Shown here: positions 1 through 10,740 of the stretch, piece by piece
Position numbering within the stretch: position 1 is the first letter of the stretch
Layout: each line of letters starts with the position of its first letter
NCBI GenBank assembly: GCA_963833985.1
Contig: CAWIAD010000001.1
Coordinates: 352,001 to 416,000, forward strand
Source of the DNA: an uncultured Planctomycetaceae bacterium
GTDB lineage: Bacteria; Planctomycetota; Planctomycetia; Isosphaerales; Isosphaeraceae
Reading direction: 5' to 3'
DNA: 64,000 nucleotides
The notes under the pieces: model-generated
What the model was told of the DNA's origin: nothing
The model's input: only the letters and a program-made list of their open reading frames with translations
Database searches by the model: none
Program-made: the position numbers and the translations under genes

Positions 1-1686
1 AATCACGACCATCACCTGATCGGGAAGTGCGGGCAAGCTGCCTGCCGCTCCCAGCAGCTTCGCGATCTCGGTCTGCGTGACCGGACGGTCCCGCCGGCCG
101 CAGACCAGGAGAGCCTCCGTGCCCGGCGGCCCTTGCAGTCGTACGACGTCGTTGACTCCCGGGGCCGGATAGCGCAGCGTGTCGGCCGTCACTCCCGGCA
201 CGACCTCGGCCTTGAGCTCCTCGACCTGGCCTTCGGAATCAACCCAGAAGAGTGCTGCGTAAGAACCATGCGGTACCCTGCATGAGCACCAGAGCTGGGC
301 TCCTGTCCTGAGCGGCAGCACCTCGCGGAGGGCCAGCGGGCCGTATTCGCCCACAATATGGATCAGCTCCTGGTCTTCGGTCACACCCACCAGCGGCTGC
401 ACGGACCGGCCGGTCCCCGAATGCAGCCCCAGCGCCGCGAGCACGGCGATCAGCGGCAGAGCGACAGCGGCCAGCAACACGTCGCGCCGCGGCACCCTGC
501 CGGCCTGTTCGAGCTGCTCCGCCAGTTCGTTGGCGCTGGCATGCCGATTCGTTGTCTCGGGCGAGAGTGCTCTCAGGCAGATCCTCTGGAGCCTTTTCGA
601 TGCTCCGGATGCCTCGAGCGACGAGCGATCGACGGCGCCGCAGCGAGCGCGCTCGAGCAGCCAGGGCCTCTCTCCGATGCCGTGGGGCGGCTTGCCGGTG
701 AGCAGAAAAAAGAGCAGACCGCCCAGCGCATAGATGTCGGCGGCAGGCCCCACTCGTTCGATCTCGCCCCGGGCCTGTTCCGGGGCCATGAACATGAGCG
801 TTCCGCCGCTGGGTCCGGAAATGTCGTCGGCCCAGGCGTGGCGCAGCCGCGCCAGACCAAAGTCGATCAGTCGCGGCCGGCCGAATTCATCGATGAGGAC
901 GTTTCGCGGCTTGATGTCCTGGTGGACGACGCCCTTGCCGTGCACGTAGGCCACGGCCCGAGCGATCTCGGCCACCAGCGCGGCTGCTTGCCTGGCGGTG
1001 GGCAGGCCCTGCTCGATGTGTCGCTCCAGCGAGCAGCCCGGTACGTATTCCATCACCAGAAACGGCCGCCCTTCGTCATTGACGTCAAGGTCGAGCACGC
1101 GAATCAGATTCGGGTGATCGAGCTGCGCGAGCAGCCGGCCCTCGGCCGCCAGCAGCTCGCGGCTGGCGTCATCGCCCACGATCCGCCGGGTTGCCAGCTT
1201 CAGCACGAGGTCCTTCTTGAGTCCCGGGTGGACCACGCGGAAAATCTGGCCCTGGCCTCCCTCGTCCAGCAGCGAGAGCACGGAGTAGCGGCCAATCCGG
1301 GTCGGATGCGTGGCGGCGGACGTGTTCGGCGGGCCGATCGCTGGGAAATGATTCGTCCTGCCCGGACGGTTTGACCGGGGACCCGCGGTCCGCGTTCCGG
1401 CGTCGGCGAAGACCTCTTCGATCACCGTGACCAGGTCGGGAAACCTGCCGCGATAGGCCCCGGCGTCTGGCGCCTGGCCCTGGGAACGGGCGAGTTCCAG
1501 CTCGAGCGCCAGCAGCTCGCGAAACAGGTCGACGCGCGATGCCCATTCATGCGGTGCGACGAACTCCTCGATGCGGGGGTTCTCGCCACGCCGCCAGCGG
1601 TCTTCAAACGTATCGCAAAGTTTCAGCATGCGCTCGAAAACGTCCAGGGAAGGATCGCCCTTGTCCGTCGCTTCCGACGCCTTCAT
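1..1686 (-). CDS. Membrane Ser/Thr protein kinase, runs off the left edge; possible DUF4384-like C-terminal domain
   Basis: Translated by hand (absent from the track because it has no stop in the window). ATG 1686 overlaps the ECF stop (ATGA). Motifs RIGRYSVLSLLDEGGQGQIF, VVHQDIKPRNVLID, LIDFGLA and TM helix VLLAAVALPLIAVLAALGL are in one frame. Confidence 0.9.
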   Translation of the reverse strand, partial: MKASEATDKGDPSLDVFERMLKLCDTFEDRWRRGENPRIEEFVAPHEWASRVDLFRELLALELELARSQGQAPDAGAYRGRFPDLVTVIEEVFADAGTRTAGPRSNRPGRTNHFPAIGPPNTSAATHPTRIGRYSVLSLLDEGGQGQIFRVVHPGLKKDLVLKLATRRIVGDDASRELLAAEGRLLAQLDHPNLIRVLDLDVNDEGRPFLVMEYVPGCSLERHIEQGLPTARQAAALVAEIARAVAYVHGKGVVHQDIKPRNVLIDEFGRPRLIDFGLARLRHAWADDISGPSGGTLMFMAPEQARGEIERVGPAADIYALGGLLFFLLTGKPPHGIGERPWLLERARCGAVDRSSLEASGASKRLQRICLRALSPETTNRHASANELAEQLEQAGRVPRRDVLLAAVALPLIAVLAALGLHSGTGRSVQPLVGVTEDQELIHIVGEYGPLALREVLPLRTGAQLWCSCRVPHGSYAALFWVDSEGQVEELKAEVVPGVTADTLRYPAPGVNDVVRLQGPPGTEALLVCGRRDRPVTQTEIAKLLGAAGSLPALPDQVMVVI

Positions 1687-2300
1687 GCACCTTGCTCCCA
1701 TTTCATCCGGATCAGCTTGAGCTTGTTTGCCACCGTCCGCAGCGCACAGCCAAGCCGCGCCGCGATCTCTTCATTGGTGTAACCTTCCAGCTTCCAGACG
1801 GCGATCTGCCGCAGGCGGTCGCTGTTCAGGGCATCCAGCCGGATGCGGTACTCCTCCGCGACCAGCGCGGCGAACTCGGGCGTGGGTTCCTCGCCGGCAA
1901 GTCGCTCGAGGGCCACGGCCGGCTCCGCACCTGGCTGGCCAAGCTGGTCCGCCTCGATTCGCTGCCAGCCCCCTCCGCGCTTGAGCCTTTTCTGCCGTTC
2001 GGCGTGGTCGACCGCCTTGCGGCCGGTGATCGTCACCAGCAGCTTCCAGAGGTCGTCGCGATCCGAGAGCTGCGGGAAGCGGCCCCGTTCCGCACCTGCG
2101 AAAAAACTATCGAACGCGCTGAGTGCGGCATCTTCTTCATCCGCATCCGCGGTCCCGGCGTGCAACGACCGCAGCCGGGCACGCGCCAGCCCGACGAGAC
2201 GGTGAAAGTAGCGATCCCAGAGCCGCTGGGCCGCCTCGTGGTCGCCGGACTTCAGCTCGCCCAGCCAGTGAGTCACCGAGCCGGGGTCGATGCTCGACAT
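1683..2300 (-). CDS. ECF-type RNA polymerase sigma factor (planctomycete kinase-associated type)
   Basis: GSVTHWLGELKSGDHEAAQRLWDRYFHRLV, DEEDAALSAF, sigma-4 HTH LEGYTNEEIAARLGCALRTVANKL; start taken at MSSIDPGS. Confidence 0.92.
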   Translation of the reverse strand: MSSIDPGSVTHWLGELKSGDHEAAQRLWDRYFHRLVGLARARLRSLHAGTADADEEDAALSAFDSFFAGAERGRFPQLSDRDDLWKLLVTITGRKAVDHAERQKRLKRGGGWQRIEADQLGQPGAEPAVALERLAGEEPTPEFAALVAEEYRIRLDALNSDRLRQIAVWKLEGYTNEEIAARLGCALRTVANKLKLIRMKWEQGA

Positions 2301-2600
2301 TCTCGGTCTGCCCTCATAGATCGATGTGGCCAGGAACATCACACACTGCACTCTCCGCCGTCGCAAGCGAATTTCAGACAGTTTTGACTTTTCCTGACAG
2401 GTCTCCAGGGCACTGGCCTGCGCCGCGGGAAGGCGGCCACTCCGCCTTTGCCAGCCGGCGGGTCACTCCACATTCCGGGACGCACCCTTGCACGGTCCAC
2501 GGCGATTTCCGGATGGGACAGGTAGAGGGCGAGCGGACAGCGGGCAAGTCTGGACGCCTTCGGATCGACCACAACGGGCAGACACCTGGAGGATACGGCA

Positions 2601-4780
2601 ATGTGGCGGCTTTCGAGCATCCGGCAGCGAACGAGTCGGCAGGTCCAGCGGCGCAAGGGGTTCCGCCCGGAATGCGAAGCGGTCGAAGCGCGGACCTTAC
2701 TTTCCGGTCTGGGGTCTCCCTCGTTCAGCGTGACCAATCTCTCCGCGACGCAGGCCACTCTGACCTGGAACAGCGTCGCCGGCGCCGCGGGTTATTACAT
2801 CGTGGACGAGATCAACGGGGCCTGGACCGTACTCAGCTCCGCGGGAAGCGGCAGCAACAGCTTCACGATCAATGGGCTGAGCCCCGGCACGACCTACGGA
2901 TTTGACGTCGGCGCCTCCGACTGGAACAGCGTGAGCTGGGGCAATCCCCAGTTCGCCACCACGCCGTACTCTGGCCCCCCCGCCCCTCTGTGACCGCGGC
3001 GAGCATCTCCGCCACGCAGGTGAACCTGTCCTGGGACAACGTCCCGGGCGCGGAATCCTACTACCTCATCGAGCAGATCGGCGGTTCGTGGCAGGTGATC
3101 GATATCCTGGGCAACACAACCACAAGCTGGACGGTCGGCGGCCTCAGCCCTGGCACGTCGTACAGCTTCGACGTGGGCGCCTATAACGGGTTCGGGATCT
3201 CCTGGGGCAATCCCCAGCAGGTCTCGACACAGCAGGCCGCACCGCCAGCCCCGGCTTTCACGGTCTCCGGTGTTTCCGCAACACAGGCCACACTGCAATG
3301 GAACAGCGTGCCCGGAGCGCAGGGTTATGACATCGTCGATGAGATCAACGGCAACTGGACCGTGGTCGGCACGCTTGGCAACGACAGCACCAGCTGCACG
3401 GTCACGGGCCTTACCTCCGGCCTGACATACGGCTTCGATGTCGGGGCGTATAACGCCTCGGGGCTCTCCTGGGGCAATCCTCAGTTCGCCACGACGCAGC
3501 TTCCGGCACCCCCGGCACCTGCCTTCACGGCCTCGGGCATCTCGACCACGCAGATCGGCCTGAGCTGGAACAGCGTGCCGGGAGCGCAGGGCTACTATGT
3601 CGTCGAGCAGACGAGCAACGGCTGGACACTGCTTGGCACCCTGGGCGCGGGAAGCACCGGCTGCACGGTGAACGGGCTCAGCCCCGGTACGTCGTACACC
3701 TTCGACGTCGGGGCCTACAACAGCGCGGGCGTCGGCTGGGGAACAGCTCAGTCCGCTTCCACCGAGTCCAATTCTGTCTCGGTCAACCACCCGGCCGCGG
3801 ACGCGGGTTACGCCCCGGTGAGCGGCACGCTCTTCGGACCCAACGGTCCTTCCTTCCTGGACGTCCAGCAGGGCGGAGCAGGCGACTGCTGGCTGATGGC
3901 ATCGCTGGCCGAGGTCGCGGCCCGGGATCCCCAGGACATCGTCAACATGTTCACCGACCTGGGCTCGGCCTGGGAGAACGGGGCGCAGGTCGAGCTCTAC
4001 AGGGTTCGCTTCTTCAACGCCTCTGGCGCAGCGAGTTACGTGACGGTCGATACGGAGTTGCCGGACGGCGGATACTATTATGACCACCCGGCAAACGGCC
4101 ATCTCTGGGTGGCGCTCGCCGAGAAGGCCTATGCTCAGGCCAACGGGCTAGGTATTGTCACCACGCAGTACCGAGGTAGCGACTCGTACGATGCCCTGAA
4201 TGGCGGAATGGCGTCCTGGGCACTGAGCGCGATCACGGGAAGGCCAGCGGCAGACTATTACTTCAACGCCAGCAACATCGCCAGTGCCTGGGAGGCGGGC
4301 GCCTTGATCGTCATCTCGACCACAAACCCGTCCAGCTCGTCGATCGTCGGCGACCACGCTTACGCGGTCGTCGCTTACAATCCATCGAGCAACCAGCCGT
4401 TCGAGGTGTACAATCCCTGGGGAACCAACTCTTCCGGCTGGGCACTCGGCCTGTACAACGGCCAGCAGGTTTACGGGCTCTTCACTGCCAATGCGCAATT
4501 CCTGGCGGACAACTACGCCGTCGAATCGTTCGGGTCCGGAGCCGTACCCGACGCTCAGCAGAATATCCCGGGCACTGGCAGCCACTCGTTGCAGTCCGTC
4601 GGCTTGAAGCCGGTCGAGTCGACATCACCGGCGGCCGCGAAGCTCAAACAGTTGCCTGTGGCCTCCGCCCCGGCTCCGCCCGCGACACTTCCAGGTGCGC
4701 CGTTTCTGGGCCGCTGGATCGCCTTCGGCAAACCTGCGAAGGCCTCCCTGGGACCGGCGTTCACCATGGCGAATGCATGA
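2601..4780 (+). CDS. Secreted protein with four fibronectin type III repeats and a calpain-like (C2) cysteine protease domain; frameshift near 2985
   Basis: N-terminal FRPECEAVEARTLLS export motif; four repeats of (L)xWNSVxGAxxY...GLSPGTxYxFDVGA; catalytic motifs QQGGAGDCWLMA, HAYAV, NPWG; one extra C in the C-run near 2985 would join the two ORFs. Confidence 0.85.
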
Positions 4781-4887
4781 CCAGGCCGAGCCCTGGTCGC
4801 GACAGCCCAGACACCACTTGAGCCTGGCCATTCATCGCAGCCCCGTGCCATCAGGACGGTGCTGCGATGTTTTTGCTTTCGGATCGC

Positions 4888-5169
4888 TCAGTCTTCAGAC
4901 TTCGTGCCCCTCAGGTTCCTGCGATGAATCGCCATGGCCAGCCCCAGCGTATTGGTCACCACCAGACAGGCATTGAGCAGCAGGTACACCCAGTTGCCAA
5001 GCATCCAGCTATAGGCTACCTGGCCGGCCACGCCCACCAGCGCCATGATGAAGAACCAGAGCGTCAGGGCCGAGGCATGCTCGTGCCGGCTCTGCCATTG
5101 CTTGTAAGTCTGGATGCCGAACGTAGGCACCAGGATGAAAGCGCTTCCCCAGCCGATGATCTCCTGCAT
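4888..5169 (-). CDS. PQ-loop/SemiSWEET-like small membrane transporter
   Basis: 93 aa, three hydrophobic helices (MQEIIGWGSAFILVPTFGIQTYKQW...YSWMLGNWVYLLLN). Confidence 0.7.
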   Translation of the reverse strand: MQEIIGWGSAFILVPTFGIQTYKQWQSRHEHASALTLWFFIMALVGVAGQVAYSWMLGNWVYLLLNACLVVTNTLGLAMAIHRRNLRGTKSED

Positions 5170-5307
5170 GAGCAGTCCTTCCCCGTCTCTCGAAGTCCTC
5201 CGACCAGCTCGGGCCATCGCTCTGGGAACCAGATTTGCGAGTCGTTCTGAGTGACCGCGCTCTCTCCGCCGATTGCGGAAGCGGTTCCCTGTTTGGAACA
5301 CTCGTCC

Positions 5308-6810
5308 ATGGCCAAGATGTTGCAACTGGTGCGCCCGGATTTTCTGCGCAGAGCGGGGTGGTTCGTACCCCTGGTCTTCCTCTCGCTGGCCGCGGCGCCC
5401 GGCTGGCAGCCCGTCGCGCAGGGCCGGGAAGCCGGGCCAGACGCGCTTGGACCCGAGGATCGCCACACGCTCCGGCAGTACGCGCGGGACACCTGGCGGT
5501 CATTCGAGGTCATGGCCGCGCCGAAGCGGCTTCCCGCGGATGGACTTCGTCGCGGAGCTGACGGCGTGTGGAGTCCCACCCGCAAGACGTCTCCCACGGA
5601 CATCGCGGCTTATCTCTGGAGCACGCTCGCGGCCGCCAAACTACAGATCATCGACTGGCCGGAGGCGGACCGCCGCTTCGAGACGACTCTCTCCGCCCTG
5701 GCCGGAATCCCCCGCGTGCACGGTTTTCTTCTGGACCAGATCGACACGGTCTCGGGAGATCCACCGCGGGAACCTGCGACCTCTGGCCGGGCCGCCCATC
5801 GCAAACTCTCGGCCGTGGATAATGCCTGGCTCGCGACCGCGCTGATGATGCTGGCCAACACCCGCCCCGCGCTGCGGGATCGTGCCCGGACACTGCTGGA
5901 ACCATTCGACTTTCGTTTCTTCTATGTGCCTTACGACCCGGCGGATCCGTCCACTCGCCCCGGTCAGTTGCACGGCGCGTACTGGACCGACACCAGTAAA
6001 TACGGCGATCTGCTCGGGCTCGTGAACACCGAGACGCGGATCGTCAGCTACATTGGCATTGCTCGCGGACAGCTTCCCCGGGAGCACTATTACCACATCT
6101 TCCGGACTCTGCCCGGGGAGAAAGTCCCGCAAACGCAACGGCCCCAGGGCGAACCGCGCACCTTCCTGGGGGTCACGGTGTTCGAAGGTCACTACACGTA
6201 TCACAACATGCGCATCGTCCCGAGCTGGGGTGGCAGCATGTTCGAGGCACTCATGGTGCCGCTCTTCGTCCCGGAGGGGCGCTGGGCGCCACGCAGCTGG
6301 GGCGTGAACCATCCGCTTTACGTGCGCGCGCAGATCGAGCATGGGCTCGAAGAGAGACGTTACGGCTTCTGGGGCTTCTCCCCTGCGTGTCGCCCCGAGG
6401 GCGGCTACCGGACCTACGGCGTCAATGCGCTCGGGGTCAACCCGATGGGCTATCACACTCACGACCTTGCCGACAGCGAGAAGGTATCCAGCGCCGCGTG
6501 GGAGCCGGTGATCACGCCCCACGCCTCGTTTCTGGCCCTCTCCTACGCGCCCCGCAAAGCGCTGGCCAACCTGAAGAAACTCCGCGCACGGTTCCCGATC
6601 TACGGGCCTTGCGGATTTCATGACTCCGTGAATCTTTCCAGCGGCAAGGTTTCCAACTGCATCCTGGCACTTGACCAGGGGATGATCCTGGCCGCGATCG
6701 CCAACGTACTGGCTGATGACGCAATGCAGCACGCCCTGGCCGATGGTCCGTTCGAGGGCGCCATCCGCGCGCTGATCGCGCCCGAGGCGTTCACCGCAGG
6801 TGCGCCGTAG
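5308..6810 (+). CDS. Exported DUF3131/glycoamylase-domain glucan-active enzyme (related to GH144 and the cyclic beta-1,2-glucan synthase transglycosylase domain)
   Basis: Motifs TSPTDIAAYLWS, SAVDNAWL, PSWGGSMFEALM, WGFSP, ITPHASFLAL, LALDQGMI; signal-like N-terminus; start uncertain (5251/5308). Confidence 0.75.
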   Translation: MAKMLQLVRPDFLRRAGWFVPLVFLSLAAAPGWQPVAQGREAGPDALGPEDRHTLRQYARDTWRSFEVMAAPKRLPADGLRRGADGVWSPTRKTSPTDIAAYLWSTLAAAKLQIIDWPEADRRFETTLSALAGIPRVHGFLLDQIDTVSGDPPREPATSGRAAHRKLSAVDNAWLATALMMLANTRPALRDRARTLLEPFDFRFFYVPYDPADPSTRPGQLHGAYWTDTSKYGDLLGLVNTETRIVSYIGIARGQLPREHYYHIFRTLPGEKVPQTQRPQGEPRTFLGVTVFEGHYTYHNMRIVPSWGGSMFEALMVPLFVPEGRWAPRSWGVNHPLYVRAQIEHGLEERRYGFWGFSPACRPEGGYRTYGVNALGVNPMGYHTHDLADSEKVSSAAWEPVITPHASFLALSYAPRKALANLKKLRARFPIYGPCGFHDSVNLSSGKVSNCILALDQGMILAAIANVLADDAMQHALADGPFEGAIRALIAPEAFTAGAP

Positions 6811-6874
6811 TTCCCGCGCTGCCGGAGTCCATGCCCGTGGCCGGCGACGTCGCAGCGCGTTGAGGCAGATTCCC

Positions 6875-9132
6875 TCAGCGGCGCGGCTCCTCGACCACCT
6901 CGAAACCGGTCTCGAGGCCCCCATCGGAGCTGGTGCCTGCGAACAAGCGGAACTGGCCCGGTTCGACAACGAAGTGCATCTGGCTGTCATGGGAGCCAAG
7001 TTCCCGCGGCGAGAGAGTGAAGCGGACGGTCTGCTGCTCACCGGGCCGGAGCGAGACGCGCTGGAACCCGCGCAGCTCCTTCACGGGCCGGACCACGCTG
7101 GACGCCACGTCCCGGATGTAAAGCTGGACGACCTCGTCACCGGCCCGCTCGCCGAGGTTCCGGACGTCGACCTGAACTCCGAGCGAGCCGTCGCGCCGGA
7201 TGCTCGGCCGATCGAGCCGCAGGCCGGCGAGACGGAACTGCGTGTACGAGAGGCCATGCCCGAACGGAAACAGCGGCGAGACCGGGGAATCGATGTACCG
7301 GGACGTGTAGCGGTCCTTCGTCGCGGGACGCCCCGTATTGAGGTGATTGTAGTAAATGGGGATCTGGCCAACCGACCGGGGGAAAGTGATGGGCAGCTTG
7401 CCGCCGGGATTGACGTCGCCGAAGAGGACGTCAGCCAGCGCATGGCCGCCCTCGGTGCCGGGGAACCAGGCTTCGAGGATGGCCGGCACGTGTTCGGCAA
7501 TCCAGCCGATGGTCAGTGGCCGGCCATTGATCAGGACCACCACCGTCGGAGTGCCCGTGGCGTGCACCCTTTGAACCAGTTCGAGCTGGCGGCCCGTCAG
7601 GTCCAGCGACGTCCGCGACGACGCCTCCCCACTGGTCCGCGCAGATTCGCCCACGGCGATGATTGCGACGTCGGCCCGCTGCGCCAGCTCCACGGCGTGG
7701 GCGATGTCATCTACGGCATCGTCGTCCACGGCACACCCTCTGGCGTGCACCACCTCCGTGGAGGGATGCCGCGCGCCACCCAGGCGCGGATCCCGGCGAG
7801 CAGCGTGACCACGTCGTCGGCCCTACCGTCACCCCGCCAGTGGCCCATTGGCGTCTCGCGATCGTCGGCCAGTGGTCCGAGCACGGCGATGCATCGCATG
7901 TCTCTGCGCAGCGGCAACACGTTCCGGTCGTTCTTGAGCAGCACCAGCGAGCGGGCGGCCATCTCCCGTGCCGCCTGCCGGTGCGCGGGGCTCAGCAGAA
8001 CCGCCTGCTCGCGTTCGGGAGCCGCATAAGGGTGCTCGAAGAGCCCAAGCGCACACTTCAGCCTCAGCACACGGCGCACCGCCTGATCGATGCGCTCCAT
8101 CGGCACCTTGCCCGCGCGCACCAGCTGCGAACCGTGCTCGTTGAAAAGCTGGCTTTCTTCCTCCATGTCGATGCCGGTCAGGAGCGCCCGGCGGGCCGCG
8201 TCGGCCTCGTCGCAGGCAAGCCCGTGCGCGACGAGCTGCGGGACGGCGTTGTAGTCGCTGACCACCAGCCCATCGAACCTCCACTCGCCGCGCAGCACGC
8301 GGCCGAGCGTGAAGGGATTGGCCGTCGCCGGGACGCCGTTGATGGTATTCAGCGCGGACATGAACGTGCCGACACCCGCCTCGACGGCCGCGTGGAACGG
8401 CGGGAAGTCGTTCGTGCGCAGGGTCCATTCGGAGACATCCGCGGCGTTGTACTCACGACCGGCCTGAACGGCCCCGTAAGCCACCCAGTGCTTGGCGCAG
8501 GCCACGACGTGGTCCGCGTCGACGGCCGCATCCGGTGCTCGCAGGTCCACACCCTGGAGCCCGCGCACCCGGGCCCGTGCCATGGCCGACCCGAGGAACG
8601 GGTCTTCCCCGGCTCCCTCCACGATCCGCCCCCAGCGCGGGTCGCGGGTCACGCCCACCATGGGTGCGAAAACCCAGCCAACACCCGCGGCCCGCGCCTC
8701 CGCGGCCGCGATCCGGGCGCACGCTTCCACGGCTGCCGGATCCCATGAACTGGCCTCCCCCAGCGCGACCGGGAAGATGGTCCGGTATCCGTGGATGACG
8801 TCGAAGCCGAAGAGTATCGGAATCCGCGCATGCGATTGCGTGAGTGCGATCCGCTGTACCTCGTTGACGTTCTCCGCCCCACGCACATTCAGCAGTGAGC
8901 CAATACGCCCCCCGCGGATGAGATCCGCCTGCCCGCCGAGCACGCGCCCCGTCTTCGGGTCGCCGCCAAGCTGCTCGAGCTGCCCGAGCTTTTCCTCCAG
9001 AGAAAGGCGGCCGACCACCTCATCAATCCGTGCGTCCACGCCAGGCGGCCTGATTGCCTGAGCGTACCCCCATACGGGCGTGACGACGAGCCAGAGGAAA
9101 AGGAAGAAGAGGGGTCGGCAAACAATTTTCAT
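6875..9132 (-). CDS. bglX: GH3 beta-glucosidase (BglX-like), frameshift near 7750
   Basis: DVIHG, RDPRWGR, GEDPFL, KHWVAYG, VSDY, SLVLLKND, SGEASSR, PLFPFGHGLSYT, Fn3-like tail ELRGFQRV. Confidence 0.88.
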
Positions 9133-9387
9133 CTCGCGGAGCCTCCCCTGGAATTCTAGGGGAGAACGGCACGTCGTACAGTGCCGGTCTTTCGATGGGT
9201 GGGACCCCCGTTCCGTTCCCGAGCCGTCGGCGCTGGCCCGTCGTCGTCGCCGTTGGCGAGAGCCGATTCAGAAGGCACATCGGCCCGGTTGCGACCCGGC
9301 CCGAGCGGCAGACAGGTTGTCCATCTCACCGTCTGATCGTCCGAGTGCGTCCTTCGGCCAGGTGGTTCGGGGTCAGTGGTCGTGTGT

Positions 9388-9466
9388 GTCCAGCGCAGCG
9401 ACGACGCACCGGTGTGGAAGCCAGAGCCTGAACCGGTGCGTCGTCGCTGCGCTGGACTCACCCTAC
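9388..9466. repeat. REP-like inverted repeat: perfect 26-bp arms (9388-9413, 9432-9457), GTAG end on minus strand
   Basis: gtccagcgcagcgacgacgcaccggt ... accggtgcgtcgtcgctgcgctggac followed by tcaccctac. Confidence 0.8.
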
Positions 9467-9855
9467 GATTGTGGAACGGCCGGCGAAGGGAGCACCCACA
9501 GTCCAAAGGCCGGGGGAAGGACAGGGAAGGGGCCATCCCACAGTTCAACAGGAAGAGGACGGGTAGGGGGGAAGTGGTGATCAAACGTTCAGAGTGGCAT
9601 CCGTTCCGCCCGCGCAGGATTCGGGGTCGGAAGGTGGCCTGACGGTTCGGCTTGCTGTGCCGGGCCGCTTGGTGCTGAGTGCGGGTCCGAGGGGAATGTG
9701 GACGGCCCCATCATTCGTCCCCACCGGTCGATGCTGAGCGCCCCGTATCCCCGAGCGCGGGAGAGCCTCCATCCTCGGGACCGGCCGAGACATGAGAGCC
9801 AAGGTAACGGCCCTCGCTCCTCGGGCGTGGGCGATCGTTCCGCTTGGGCCGGGGC

Positions 9856-10503
9856 CTACTGAACACCGGGCCGTACGGTATTCACCAGTTCAGGCGGTAA
9901 TTTGGCGTCGCGTGCGAGGACATACGGCTGCTCGCCCGTCACCGACCAGTACAGCCTGGCCGGCCCACGGGGAAAATCCGTTCCCGATGCCCAGGTGTGG
10001 TAGACCTTGCCCCAGAGGGTCCGGACCCTGGCGAGGGTTTGTTTCTCCTCATCGCCGCTCTGGGTCAGGCTCTTGAGGTAGCCGCCGTCGACCTCGTACT
10101 TGTGGTCGTGCCAGTAGGCCTTCTCGTCGGCCGGCATCTTCTGATAGACGGCATCGCTCACCAGGTATTCGACGCCGATCAGCCGCGCGTCGGGCCCGGT
10201 GCCGTCGTAGAGAACGCACTGGTTCAGGTCTCCGTTGACCTCCTTACAGTAGTGGTAGGCGACCTGCGACCGCTCGGGCAAGTCCTTCAGAAGGTGGACC
10301 CCGGCGAATGCCAGCGGGCAGTGCAGAACTTCCCGGATGGGGGCCTTCGCCCCGGCGGGGGCCGCGACATGGTCGTCGGCTGTGGCACCCGGCAGCCTGA
10401 ACGCCGGCCCGAACGCCGCCCCGACCGCGACGCCGATGAGCAAGGCGACGGCCGCGTACGTCGAGCTACGGGGCAGGAGATGACCTGGCCAACTGCGAAT
10501 CAT
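9856..10503 (-). CDS. DUF1264/OBAP family protein with signal peptide
   Basis: AYHYC, QCVLYD, ARLIGVEYLVS, EKAYWHDHKYEV, WGKVYHTW. Confidence 0.82.
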   Translation of the reverse strand: MIRSWPGHLLPRSSTYAAVALLIGVAVGAAFGPAFRLPGATADDHVAAPAGAKAPIREVLHCPLAFAGVHLLKDLPERSQVAYHYCKEVNGDLNQCVLYDGTGPDARLIGVEYLVSDAVYQKMPADEKAYWHDHKYEVDGGYLKSLTQSGDEEKQTLARVRTLWGKVYHTWASGTDFPRGPARLYWSVTGEQPYVLARDAKLPPELVNTVRPGVQ

Positions 10504-10740
10504 GTGCTGCTCCTTCAGATGCGGGTGTGGTAGAAACCGGCGCCCATCGCCGGGCGATTGACGGTCCGCCGCTTCTCGATTCAGTGGCGACGCAATGCAC
10601 GTGAGAAACTATATAGTCGAAAAGGAATTTAGCAATACCTCGGTGCCGCGATCCTCGAACTCCCTCTTCGAGGTCGGTCTCGGACGCCGCGACGGACGAT
10701 GGTCCCTCCATCAAGACCAGGAAATCGACTCAGTCCAGGG

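Noticed and set aside
358..1374. Long antisense ORFs (also 28427-30103, 39586-41541, 48242-49795 and others)
   Set aside because: Shadow frames opposite recognisable genes, expected in high-GC DNA.
9470..9855. ncRNA or small gene in the long GH3-DUF1264 intergenic region
   Set aside because: No recognisable motif or credible ORF beyond the REP palindrome.
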